The position numbers and the translations under genes were made by a program. Below the pieces are notes generated by a model. It saw only the letters and a program-made list of their open reading frames with translations. It made no database searches and was not told the DNA's origin. From Gaiellaceae bacterium (GTDB lineage Bacteria > Actinomycetota > Thermoleophilia > Gaiellales > Gaiellaceae), in NCBI GenBank assembly GCA_035652835.1, contig DASRDA010000003.1, positions 32,076 through 96,075 of the forward strand: a DNA stretch of 64,000 nt, given 5' to 3'. Positions 9,731-21,243 of the stretch are shown piece by piece; positions within the stretch are counted from its first letter, which is position 1; every line of letters begins with the position of its first letter.

Positions 9731-10618
9731 ATGGACGTCATCCTGCGAGACCGGCGTGCGATCCTCGTCTTTCTCGCGCCGGCGCTGCTCGTCTACACGG
9801 CGGTGCTCCTCGCGCCGATCGTCTGGTCGCTCGTCTACACGTTCTACGAGGGAAACGTCCTCTCGGGCTTCAAGTACGTCGGCCTGAAGAACTTCCACAC
9901 GCTGATCCACGACCATGCGTTCTGGACGGCGCTCAGGTTCACGCTCGAGTACGGCGCGCTCGTCACCGTCTTCCAGGTGGCGTTGGGCCTGCTGCTGGCG
10001 CTGATGTTCGTCTTCTACCTGCGGCGAGGGTCTGCACTCGTTCGAACCCTCGTCTTCTTCCCCGTCGTCCTCCCGACAGTGGCCGTGGCGCAGCTCTTCG
10101 CGAAGGTGTTCGCGATCGCGCCGCAGTACGGGCTCGTTAACTCGGGGCTCCACGCGGTGCATCTCAACGGCTGGATCCAGGACTGGCTCGGCCGCGGTAA
10201 CACCGCGCTCCTCGTCCTCGTCTTGATGGATGTCTGGCGCTCGATGGGGTTCTACGCCGTCCTCCTCTACGCGGGCCTCGTCGACGTGCCCGAGGAGATC
10301 CTCGAGTCGGCGCGCCTCGACGGCGCATCGGGGCTCCGGCTGGTCCGGCACGTCGTGCTGCCGCTCCTCGGTCCGGTGCTGTTCTCCGCGCTCATCTTCA
10401 GCATCAACGGGACGCTGAAGGTGTTCGACTCCGTCGTCGCACTTACGAATGGCGGCCCCGGGCAGGCGACGACCCCGCTGACGCTCTACATGTTCAACAA
10501 CGCCTTCTCGTACGGCGAGTACGGCTACGCGAGCGCCGTTGCGACAGCGCTTTCGATCCTCTGCCTCCTCATCACGCTGGCAGTCTTCGGCTTTGCACGA
10601 AGAGACGTGACGCGGTGA
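9731..10618 (+). CDS. carbohydrate ABC transporter permease (MalF/UgpA-like)
   Basis: 295 aa, 6 TM helices, EAA-loop-like ESARLDGASGLRLVRHVVLP. Confidence 0.9.
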   Translation: MDVILRDRRAILVFLAPALLVYTAVLLAPIVWSLVYTFYEGNVLSGFKYVGLKNFHTLIHDHAFWTALRFTLEYGALVTVFQVALGLLLALMFVFYLRRGSALVRTLVFFPVVLPTVAVAQLFAKVFAIAPQYGLVNSGLHAVHLNGWIQDWLGRGNTALLVLVLMDVWRSMGFYAVLLYAGLVDVPEEILESARLDGASGLRLVRHVVLPLLGPVLFSALIFSINGTLKVFDSVVALTNGGPGQATTPLTLYMFNNAFSYGEYGYASAVATALSILCLLITLAVFGFARRDVTR

Positions 10619-11505
10619 CGGATGTGTCGTCCGCTCCGCGCCTGCGGCCGCGCGTGCGGCCCCGTCCGCGGCGGTCTCCGCGCCGGCAGGCGCGGACGCT
10701 GATGGCGTGCGTCATCGCGTTCCTGCTGCTGATCGAGCTACTGCCGATCGTCTGGCTCGTCCTGCAGTCATTCAAGCAGGACAGCGAGTTTTCGCTCCAT
10801 CCGGTGTGGGCGCTGCCGAAGGGGTTCTACTGGGAGAACTGGAGACTCGCGTGGTCGACCGGTCACATCGGCACATACTTCAAGAACAGCGTCCTTGCCA
10901 CGTTTCCCGCGCTGTTCTTCATGATCGTGCTGGGGCTGGCCGCCGCCTTCTCGCTCGAGGTGATGAAGTGGCGCGGCCGCAACGGCGTGCTGTTCGTCTT
11001 CGTCGCCGGGCTCCTGATTCCGTTGCAGATGGTGTTGTTGCCGCTGTTCACGGTCTACTTCCACGTCCACCTGATCAACTCGCTCTGGTCGCTGATCATC
11101 ACCTACACGGCGTTCGGCCTCCCGCTGACGATCTTTCTGATGACCGGTTACTTCCGCGCGGTGCCTCGGGAAGTGCTCGAGGCCGCGACGCTCGACGGCG
11201 CCAGCATCTACAGCGCGTTCGCCAGGATCGTGCTGCCGATGGTCTCGAACGCGATCCTCACGGTCGCGTTGGTGCAGTTCTTCTTCATCTGGAACGACCT
11301 GCTCCTCTCGCTGACCTTCATCAGCGACGACAGCAAACGCACGATCCAGACTGGACTCCTCAACTTCACAGGCCAGTATGGCCAGGTCCAGTGGGGGCCT
11401 ACGTTCGCGGCGGTCTCGATGACCGTTCTTCCGACGCTGCTGCTCTACCTCGGCCTCAACCAGCGGGTCATGCGCGGGCTCACGTCGGGGAGCCTGAAGG
11501 GCTGA
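10615..11505 (+). CDS. carbohydrate ABC transporter permease (MalG/UgpE-like)
   Basis: 296 aa, 4-nt overlap with the upstream permease, EAA loop EAATLDGASIYSAFARIVLP. Confidence 0.9.
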   Translation: MTDVSSAPRLRPRVRPRPRRSPRRQARTLMACVIAFLLLIELLPIVWLVLQSFKQDSEFSLHPVWALPKGFYWENWRLAWSTGHIGTYFKNSVLATFPALFFMIVLGLAAAFSLEVMKWRGRNGVLFVFVAGLLIPLQMVLLPLFTVYFHVHLINSLWSLIITYTAFGLPLTIFLMTGYFRAVPREVLEAATLDGASIYSAFARIVLPMVSNAILTVALVQFFFIWNDLLLSLTFISDDSKRTIQTGLLNFTGQYGQVQWGPTFAAVSMTVLPTLLLYLGLNQRVMRGLTSGSLKG

Positions 11506-11518
11506 GGGGAGGCGCCGC

Positions 11519-12616
11519 ATGGCATCCGTCAGATACGAAGGCGCAACGCGCGTGTATCCGAAGGCCGAGCGCCCGGCGGTCGACGCCCTCGACCTGCAGG
11601 TCGGGGACGGCGAGTTCCTCGTCCTCGTCGGGCCTTCCGGATGCGGCAAGTCGACGAGCCTCCGGATGGTCGCGGGGCTCGAAGAAGTCGACGAGGGCGC
11701 GATCTTCATCGGCGACCGCGACGTGACCACGGTCGCACCCAAGGAACGAGATGTCGCGATGGTCTTCCAGTCGTACGCCCTGTATCCGCACATGACGGTG
11801 GCCGACAACATGGGCTTCGCGCTGAAAATGGCGCGCGTTGCCAAGAGCGAAGCGCGCGAGCGCGTTCGCGAGGCCGCGCGGATCCTCGATCTCGAGCAGT
11901 ATCTCGACCGCAAGCCACGCGCCCTGTCCGGCGGCCAGCGGCAGCGTGTTGCGATGGGCCGGGCGATCGTCCGCAAGCCGCAGGTGTTCCTGATGGACGA
12001 ACCGCTGAGCAACCTCGACGCCCAGCTCCGCGTCCAGACGCGGACGCAGATCGCCGCGCTTCAGCGGCGGCTCGGGACGACGACGATCTACGTCACGCAC
12101 GATCAGGTCGAGGCGATGACGATGGGCGACCGCGTCGCCGTCATGTTCGATGGGCGCCTGCAACAGGTTGCTGCGCCAAACGAGTTGTACGCGCGACCGG
12201 CCAACCGGAGGGTCGCCCGGTTCATCGGGTCGCCGGCGATGAACCTTCACGAGGCGGCGGTGGTCGACGGCGCTGCGGAGATCGCGGGTTACCGGATCCG
12301 GCTACCCCGCGAGGTCACCTCGAAGCTGTCCCCGGTGGACGAGGGGAGGGTGGTCCTCGGGTTCCGGCCCGAGGCGATCGACCTGGTCGGAGACGGGGAG
12401 GGCCTTCCCGTCGTGGTCGAGGTCGTGGAAGAGCTCGGCGCGGATGCGTACATGTTCGCCTCGCTTCCCGGCCGCGAGACGGTCGGCGACGTCGGCGACC
12501 TCGTCGCGCGGATCGATCCGCGCAACATCCCGCGAAAGGGACAGTCGGTCACGATCGCGGTCCGCCCGGAAGAGCTCCACGTCTTCTCGCGATCGAGCGA
12601 CGAGCGCCTCAACTGA
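11519..12616 (+). CDS. sugar ABC transporter ATP-binding protein (MalK/UgpC/MsiK-like)
   Basis: Walker A GPSGCGKST, signature LSGGQRQR, Walker B VFLMDEPLS, and a C-terminal TOBE-like regulatory domain. Confidence 0.92.
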   Translation: MASVRYEGATRVYPKAERPAVDALDLQVGDGEFLVLVGPSGCGKSTSLRMVAGLEEVDEGAIFIGDRDVTTVAPKERDVAMVFQSYALYPHMTVADNMGFALKMARVAKSEARERVREAARILDLEQYLDRKPRALSGGQRQRVAMGRAIVRKPQVFLMDEPLSNLDAQLRVQTRTQIAALQRRLGTTTIYVTHDQVEAMTMGDRVAVMFDGRLQQVAAPNELYARPANRRVARFIGSPAMNLHEAAVVDGAAEIAGYRIRLPREVTSKLSPVDEGRVVLGFRPEAIDLVGDGEGLPVVVEVVEELGADAYMFASLPGRETVGDVGDLVARIDPRNIPRKGQSVTIAVRPEELHVFSRSSDERLN

Positions 12617-12645
12617 GCAGCTTCCTCCTCGGCGGCGAGCTCGAG

Positions 12646-13335
12646 GTGCACCGCCTCGGTTTCGGCGCGATGCGGATCTTGGAGGACCCCGCGCAGGGCA
12701 TGCGAGTGCTTCGGCGCGCCGTCGATCTCGGCGTGAACCTGGTCGACACCGCAGACATCTACGGCGCCGGCAGGAGCGAGGAGCTGATCGCGAGAGCGCT
12801 GTACCCGTATCCGGACGATCTCGTCATCGCGACCAAGGGTGGGCTCGGCTGGGGGCTTCAGGAGCGAATCCGCGACGCACGACCCGAGCGCCTGCAGGCG
12901 GCCGTCGAGGCAAGCCTGCGACGCCTCAAGCTCGAGAGGATCGACCTCTACCAGCTTCATCGCCATGACCCGGCGGTCCCGATCGAGGAGTCGATCGGAC
13001 TCCTGGCGAGACTGCGTGATGAAGGAAAGATCCGGTTCGTCGGCATCTCGAATGTCTCGTTGCGCCAGCTGCGACAGTGCCGGTCCGTGACCCCGATCGC
13101 GACGGTCCAGAACCACTACAACCGCGGCTACCTCGTGTCCGAAGATGTTCTCGACGCCTGTGAGCGTGACGGGATCGGGTTCATACCCTGGGCACCGCTG
13201 GGTGAGGGCCTGGGTGACCCGGCAAGCGAGTTGCGCTGGCTGCTCGAGCGTTCTCCCGTGATGCTGCCGATCCCCGGCACGTCCCGAGTCGACCATCTCG
13301 AGCACAACATGCGCGCATCACGATTCGCTGGTTGA
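12646..13335 (+). CDS. aldo/keto reductase (short form)
   Basis: AKR catalytic residues are in context (DTADIYG, ATKGG, YQLHRHD). The start is uncertain: GTG 12646 was chosen, and an in-frame CTG at 12613 overlaps the ATPase stop. This is the tail of track ORF 11641..13335. Confidence 0.75.
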   Translation: MHRLGFGAMRILEDPAQGMRVLRRAVDLGVNLVDTADIYGAGRSEELIARALYPYPDDLVIATKGGLGWGLQERIRDARPERLQAAVEASLRRLKLERIDLYQLHRHDPAVPIEESIGLLARLRDEGKIRFVGISNVSLRQLRQCRSVTPIATVQNHYNRGYLVSEDVLDACERDGIGFIPWAPLGEGLGDPASELRWLLERSPVMLPIPGTSRVDHLEHNMRASRFAG

Positions 13336-13359
13336 GCGCGGATACCGAGAGGTTCCGGC

Positions 13360-14249
13360 TTACGCGACGCCGAGAAGGAGCGCGAGCAGCGCCTTCTGGG
13401 CGTGCAGGCGGTTGCCGGCCTCGTCCCAGATCGCGGATCGTTCGCCGTAGAGCACGTCGGCGGTGATCTCCTCGCCGGGATGCGCCGGCAGGCAGTGCAT
13501 GACGAACGCCTCCGGAGCGGCGAGCGTGAGCAGCGCGTCGTCGAGCCGGTACGGGTCGAGGTCGCGCAACCGCCGTGCGCGCTCGTGCTCCTGGCCCATC
13601 GAGACCCACGTGTCGGTGACGACGACGTCGGCGCCCCGCACCGCCTCGCGCGGGTCGAGAACGGTCTCGACGCCCTCCGCCTGGTAGCCGGCCGGGCACG
13701 CGGCGACGACCTCGTAGCCGAGCAGCCTCCCGAGCGCGGCGAGCGAGACAAGTACGTTCGATCCGTCGCCCACCCAGGCAACACGCACGCCGTCGAGCGC
13801 ACCGAGGCGGTCGCGGATCGTGAGCGCGTCCGCGAGCGCCTGGCACGGATGCTCGCGCGCGGTCAGCGCGTTGATCACCGGCACCGACGACCACTCCGCC
13901 CACGCCTCGAGCTCCTCGTGCGCGTGCGTGCGCACCGCGAGCGCGTCGACGTAGCGGGAGAGCGCGCGCGCCGTGTCCGGCAGCGACTCGCCGCGGGAGA
14001 TCTGCAGCTCCTCGGGCGTGAGCGGGATCGCGGTGCCGCCGAGGTGCGCGATCGCGACCGAGAACGAGACGCGCGTGCGCGTCGAGTGCTTGGCGAAGTA
14101 GAGGCCGAGCGTGGCGCCGGGGGCGAGCGGGCGTCGCGGCTCGGCGCGCAGCTCCTCCGCCAGGTCGAGGATCGCCTCCGCCTCGGCGGGCGCGAGATCG
14201 GCGATCGTGAGCAGGTCGCGTCCCGCGAGTGTGAGCTGGAGCGGCGCCG

Positions 14250-14253
<4 letters not shown>
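13360..14253 (-). CDS. argF: ornithine carbamoyltransferase
   Basis: Motifs STRTR (carbamoyl-phosphate binding), HPCQ and HCLP. The GTG start at 14253 overlaps the argH stop (GTGA). The upstream part of track ORF 13360..15447 is shadow. Confidence 0.92.
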
Positions 14254-17272
<3,019 letters not shown>

Positions 17273-18367
17273 TCATGGGACCACCTCCGCGAGCAGGTCG
17301 AGGGCGAGGTCAGCTTCCTCGTGCGTGAGCGTCAGCGGGGGCGTCAGGCGCAGCACCCGCTCGCCTGCGGTGCCGACGACGAAGCCGTGGGCGAGCCCCT
17401 CGACGGCGATCGGCGCCGCCGGCCGGTCGAGCTCCACCGCGAGCAGCAGCCCGAGCCCGCGCACCTCGCCGAAGCGCGCGAGGCCGGCGGCGAGACGGTC
17501 GGAGACGCCGCGCACGTGCGCCAGCAGCTCGTCGTCGACGGCGTCGACGACCGCGCACGCGGCGGCGCACGCGACCGGGTTGCCGCCGAACGTCGAGGCG
17601 TGGTCGCCTGGCTCGAAGGCGGTGGGCGCCGCCTCCGAGACGAGGAACGTGCCGATCGGCAGGCCGTTCGCGAGCCCCTTCGCGAGCGTGACCGCGTCGG
17701 GCCGCACGCCGAGCCGCTCGAACGCGAAGAAGGAGCCGCAGCGGCCGACGCCCGTCTGCACCTCGTCGAGGACGAGCAGCGCGCCGTGCTCGTCGGCGAG
17801 CGCGCGCGCCTCCGCGAGCGTCTCCGGCGCGAGCGGGTGGACGCCGCCCTCGCCCTGCACCGGCTCGAGCAGGATCGCCGCGGTCTGCGGGCCGACGTGC
17901 TCGGCGAGCGTCGCCGGCGTCGCGAAGCGCGCGCCCGGAAGGAGCGGCTCGAAGGCGGCGCGCTTCGCCGGCTGCCCGGTGACCGAGAGCGCGCCGAGCG
18001 TACGGCCGTGGAACGACCCCTCGAGCGCGACCACCTCCGTCCGGCCCGTCGCCTTGCGCGCCCACTTGAGCGCGGCCTCGACCGACTCGGCGCCCGAGTT
18101 GCAGAAGAATGCGGCGGCTCCGCCGAAGCGGCCCGAGAGCCGCGCCGCGAGCTCCTCCATCGGCTCCGTCCAGAAGAGGTTCGACACGTGCCACAGCCGC
18201 TCGAGTTGCGCGCGCGCGGCCGCGAGCGGGGCGGGGTGGCGATGACCCAGCCCGACGACGGCGATGCCCGCGAGCAGGTCGAGGTAGCGGCGGCCCTCCG
18301 TGTCGACGAGCCAGGCGCCGTCGCCCTCGACGAAGGTGACGTCCTGCCGTGCGTAGGTCGGCAGCAA
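17273..18367 (-). CDS. argD: acetylornithine aminotransferase
   Basis: Class III aminotransferase motifs (LAGIAVVGLGHRHP, FCNSGAESVEAALK, LVLDEVQTGVGRCG, TLAKGLANG). The TTG start at 18367 (MLPTYARQDV...) is preferred because codons 18368..18439 have low GC3 (about 67% against over 90% in the gene body) and contain a palindromic element. The alternative is GTG 18439, which overlaps the argB stop. Confidence 0.88.
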   Translation of the reverse strand: MLPTYARQDVTFVEGDGAWLVDTEGRRYLDLLAGIAVVGLGHRHPAPLAAARAQLERLWHVSNLFWTEPMEELAARLSGRFGGAAAFFCNSGAESVEAALKWARKATGRTEVVALEGSFHGRTLGALSVTGQPAKRAAFEPLLPGARFATPATLAEHVGPQTAAILLEPVQGEGGVHPLAPETLAEARALADEHGALLVLDEVQTGVGRCGSFFAFERLGVRPDAVTLAKGLANGLPIGTFLVSEAAPTAFEPGDHASTFGGNPVACAAACAVVDAVDDELLAHVRGVSDRLAAGLARFGEVRGLGLLLAVELDRPAAPIAVEGLAHGFVVGTAGERVLRLTPPLTLTHEEADLALDLLAEVVP

Positions 18368-18377
18368 ACGGCCTGGG

Positions 18378-18420
18378 GCCGGAAGCTGTTTGGCGACTTC
18401 GTCGCCAAACAGTTTCGTGC
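18378..18420. repeat. palindromic element copy B (minus-strand reading GCACGAAACTGTTT-N15-AAACAGCTTCCGGC)
   Basis: The core is 12-bp perfect arms, CTGTTTGGCGAC-TTC-GTCGCCAAACAG, extendable to 16 bp with one mismatch. The conserved non-palindromic flanks are shared with copy C at 22601..22644. Confidence 0.7.
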
Positions 18421-18435
18421 TTGTCAGGCCGGCGT

Positions 18436-19104
18436 TCACGCGACCACCGCCGTCCGGCCGATCTCGGCGACGATGCCGCTCGCGGCGGCGATCGCGGCGG
18501 CGCGCAGCTTCGGGACGATGCCGCCGTCGAACAGCCCGGCGTCGAGCATGCGCGTGGCGCGGCCTGCGTCGATCGCCTCGACGAGCTCGTCGTCCACGAG
18601 CAGCCCCGGGACGTCGGTGAGGAACACGAGCCGTCGCGCGCCGATGCCGAGCGCGAGCGCTGCGGCCGCGTCGTCTGCGTTGACGTTGAGCGGCCCGACC
18701 GCCATCGGCGCGACGACCGGCACCCGGCCGGCGGCGAGCGCCTCGAGGACGCGCGCCGGCCGGCACGGCAGCGGGTCGCCGACCTGGTCGAGCGGCGGCA
18801 CCGGCACCGCGAGCAGGCCGTCGCGCTCGCCGTGCACCGGCACCGCGAGCTCGCCGATCGCCGCGCAGAGCTGCGCGTTCACCTCGTGCAGCGACTCGCG
18901 CACGACGGCGATCGCCGCGCGCGACGTGCGCCGGCGGCCGCCCACGAAGTCGACGGGGATGCCGCGGCGGCGCATCTCGTCCGTGATCTGCGGGCCGGCG
19001 CCGTGCACGACGCAGACCTCGAGGCCTTCGGCCACGAGGTCCAGGACATGGGCCGCGGCGTCCCGCGCAACCGCCCCGCCGACCTTGAGCACGACGCGGC
19101 TCAT
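18436..19104 (-). CDS. argB: acetylglutamate kinase
   Basis: MSRVVLKVGG, HGAGPQI, and an amino-acid kinase fold. 222 aa, which is short for ArgB. The ATG at 19104 overlaps the argJ stop (ATGA). Confidence 0.88.
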   Translation of the reverse strand: MSRVVLKVGGAVARDAAAHVLDLVAEGLEVCVVHGAGPQITDEMRRRGIPVDFVGGRRRTSRAAIAVVRESLHEVNAQLCAAIGELAVPVHGERDGLLAVPVPPLDQVGDPLPCRPARVLEALAAGRVPVVAPMAVGPLNVNADDAAAALALGIGARRLVFLTDVPGLLVDDELVEAIDAGRATRMLDAGLFDGGIVPKLRAAAIAAASGIVAEIGRTAVVA

Positions 19105-20264
19105 GTCCTGTAGTCCGCGTTGATGCGCACGTAGTCGTAGGAGAGGTCGCTGGTCAGGTAGCTCGCGCGGCCGTCGCCGAGACCGAGGTCGAGCTCGATC
19201 GTGCAGACGGCGCCGTCGACCGGCGGCTCGGCATGCTGCGGCGCACCGGCGACGAGGACGGCGGTGCCGTTGTAGGAGAGCGAGACGCGGCCGGGGTCGA
19301 GCCGTGCGTAGCCGCCGTCGTGCGGCGCGCTGCCGGCGGCCATCAGCACGCGCCCCCAGTTCGCGTCGCGCCCGAAGAGCGCGGTCTTGACGAGCGGCGA
19401 GGTGGCTATGCGCCGCGCGATCGCGCGGGCCTCGGGCTCGCTGGCCGCGCCCGAGACCTCGATCTCGGCGACGAGCGTCGCGCCCTCGCCGTCGGCGACG
19501 ATCTGGCCCGCCAGGTCCTTGCACGTCGTGAGAAGGGCCAGGGCGAACGCCTCGTCGCTCGCGGGCGAGCGGTCGACGGCGGCAGCGCCCGACGAGAGGA
19601 GCACGACGGCGTCGTTCGTCGAGCACTCGCCGTCGACGGAGATCGCGTTGAAGCTCGCGTCGACCGCGGGCCGGAGGAAGTCGAGCGGCTCGCCCGGCTC
19701 GAGCGGATAGTCGGTCGTGACGACCGCGAGCATCGTCGCGAGGACGGGGTGGATCATCCCGCTGCCCTTCGCCATTCCGCCGACCGCGAAGCCGGGCCCG
19801 TGGGCGACGGCCGTCTTCGGCTTCGTGTCGGTGGTGAGGATCGCCTCGGCGGCGTCAGCGCCGCCGTCCGGGGAAAGCGCCGGGACGGCCGCATCGAGCC
19901 CGGCGCGGACGCGGTCGAGCGGAAGGGGCGCGCCGATCACGCCGGTCGACAGCACGAGGATCTCCTCCGGCTCGAGCCGGAGCAGCGCCGCGGCGTGCTC
20001 GGCGGTCGCGCGCGCGTCGGCCTCGCCGCGCGCGCCGGTGGCCGCGTTCGCGACGCCGGAGTTGATCACCACCGCCTGCGGCTGCGCGTGCTCGAGGTGC
20101 CGCCTCGAGACGACGACCGGCGCCGCCTGCACGCGGTTCTGCGTCCACATCGCGGCCCCGGTGCCGCGGCCGAGCGTGCGGACGACGGCGAGGTCCTTCC
20201 GCTCGCGGCGGATGCCGGCGTGCACGCCGGCGGCGGCGAAGCCGCGTGCGGCGGTGACGCTCAA
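19101..20264 (-). CDS. argJ: bifunctional glutamate N-acetyltransferase / amino-acid acetyltransferase
   Basis: ArgJ family with the autoproteolytic site context HPVLATMLAVVTTD (ATML) and KGSGMI. The TTG start at 20264 overlaps the argC stop (TTGA). The upstream part of the track ORF is shadow. Confidence 0.9.
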   Translation of the reverse strand: MSVTAARGFAAAGVHAGIRRERKDLAVVRTLGRGTGAAMWTQNRVQAAPVVVSRRHLEHAQPQAVVINSGVANAATGARGEADARATAEHAAALLRLEPEEILVLSTGVIGAPLPLDRVRAGLDAAVPALSPDGGADAAEAILTTDTKPKTAVAHGPGFAVGGMAKGSGMIHPVLATMLAVVTTDYPLEPGEPLDFLRPAVDASFNAISVDGECSTNDAVVLLSSGAAAVDRSPASDEAFALALLTTCKDLAGQIVADGEGATLVAEIEVSGAASEPEARAIARRIATSPLVKTALFGRDANWGRVLMAAGSAPHDGGYARLDPGRVSLSYNGTAVLVAGAPQHAEPPVDGAVCTIELDLGLGDGRASYLTSDLSYDYVRINADYRT

Positions 20265-21214
20265 ACCAGCACGCCTCCGAGCCGCAGGCCCGCGGTCTCC
20301 TCGAGGCCGAGGGCGAGGTTCGCGTTCTGCACCGCCTGCCCGGCCGCGCCCTTGCCGAGGTTGTCGAGCGCGCAGACGACGATCGCGGTGCCGGTCGCCC
20401 GGTCGGCGAAGACGCCGAGCTCGGCGCCGTCCGTGCCCTGCACGCGCGAGAGCTCCGGCGCCGTCCCCGCCGGCAGCACGCGCACGACCGGGCTGCTCGC
20501 GTACGCCTCCCCGAGCAGCGCGCGAACGTCCGCGTCCGTCTGCAGGTAGCAGGTGGCGAGCAGCCCGCGCCGCACGGGGAGCAGGTGCGGGACGAAGCAC
20601 ACGGGGAAGCCGAGCTGCTGCGCGATCTCCGGCGCGTGCCGGTGTGCGCCGACCGCGTACGGCGCGAGGTTCTCGAGGACGGCGCCGGCGTGCGAGGACG
20701 GCTTCAGCGAGCGGCCGGCGCCCGACACGCCCGACTTCGCGTCGACGATCGCGCTCTCGATCGCGGAGGCGAGCGGCGCGAGCGCGAGCAGCGCCGCCGT
20801 CGCGTAGCAGCCCGGATTGGCGATCAGCCGGCCCTGCGGTGGGAAGAGCTCGGGCAGCCCGTAGCTCCACGCGCCGGGGGCGGCGCCGTACCACGCCTCG
20901 GCCAGCGCGGGATCGTCGAGGCGATGCGCGCCCGAGAGGTCGACGACGACCGCGTCCGGCGGCGGTGCGAACGCTGCCGCCTCCGCGGCGTCGAGGCAGA
21001 GGAAGAGGACGTCGGCGCCGCTTCCCGCGGCCTCGCCGTTGCTCGAGAACGGGGGGAGGTCGCCGTCGAGGCGCGGGTCGAGCGCCCACGGCGGCTTGCC
21101 GGCGAGCGAGTCGGAGCCGAGCGCGACCGGCTCGAGCGCGGGATGCGCGAGCAGCCGGTCGAGCGTCTCCTGGCCGGCGTAGCCGGCGCAGCCGATGATG
21201 GCCGCGGTCGCCAT
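20261..21214 (-). CDS. argC: N-acetyl-gamma-glutamyl-phosphate reductase
   Basis: MATAAIIGCAGYAGQE Rossmann N-terminus, active-site context NPGCYAT, 317 aa. Confidence 0.92.
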   Translation of the reverse strand: MATAAIIGCAGYAGQETLDRLLAHPALEPVALGSDSLAGKPPWALDPRLDGDLPPFSSNGEAAGSGADVLFLCLDAAEAAAFAPPPDAVVVDLSGAHRLDDPALAEAWYGAAPGAWSYGLPELFPPQGRLIANPGCYATAALLALAPLASAIESAIVDAKSGVSGAGRSLKPSSHAGAVLENLAPYAVGAHRHAPEIAQQLGFPVCFVPHLLPVRRGLLATCYLQTDADVRALLGEAYASSPVVRVLPAGTAPELSRVQGTDGAELGVFADRATGTAIVVCALDNLGKGAAGQAVQNANLALGLEETAGLRLGGVLV

Positions 21215-21243
21215 GTGGCGAAAAGTATACAGATTGTTGCAAA
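21215..21243 (-). promoter_or_regulatory. AT-rich spacer upstream of argC (possible -10 TATACT / operator)
   Basis: This is the only AT-rich stretch in the neighbourhood. The minus strand reads TTTGCAACAATCTGTATACTTTTCGCCAC-ATG. TATACT ends 9 nt before the argC ATG and no Shine-Dalgarno is visible. The functional assignment is speculative. Confidence 0.3.

Noticed and set aside
12613-12645. Aldo/keto reductase as a truncated pseudogene
   Set aside because: The protein is short (about 229-240 aa) and has an uncertain non-ATG start. However, the catalytic Asp, Tyr, Lys and His contexts are all present and the frame is intact. I kept it as a CDS with an uncertain start.
18368-18439. GTG 18439 (a GTGA overlap with argB) as the argD start
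   Set aside because: It fits the operon's coupling pattern. However, the 24 codons have GC3 of about 67% with several rare codons, and they are occupied by a palindromic element that recurs in a clearly non-coding region. It is kept only as an alternative.
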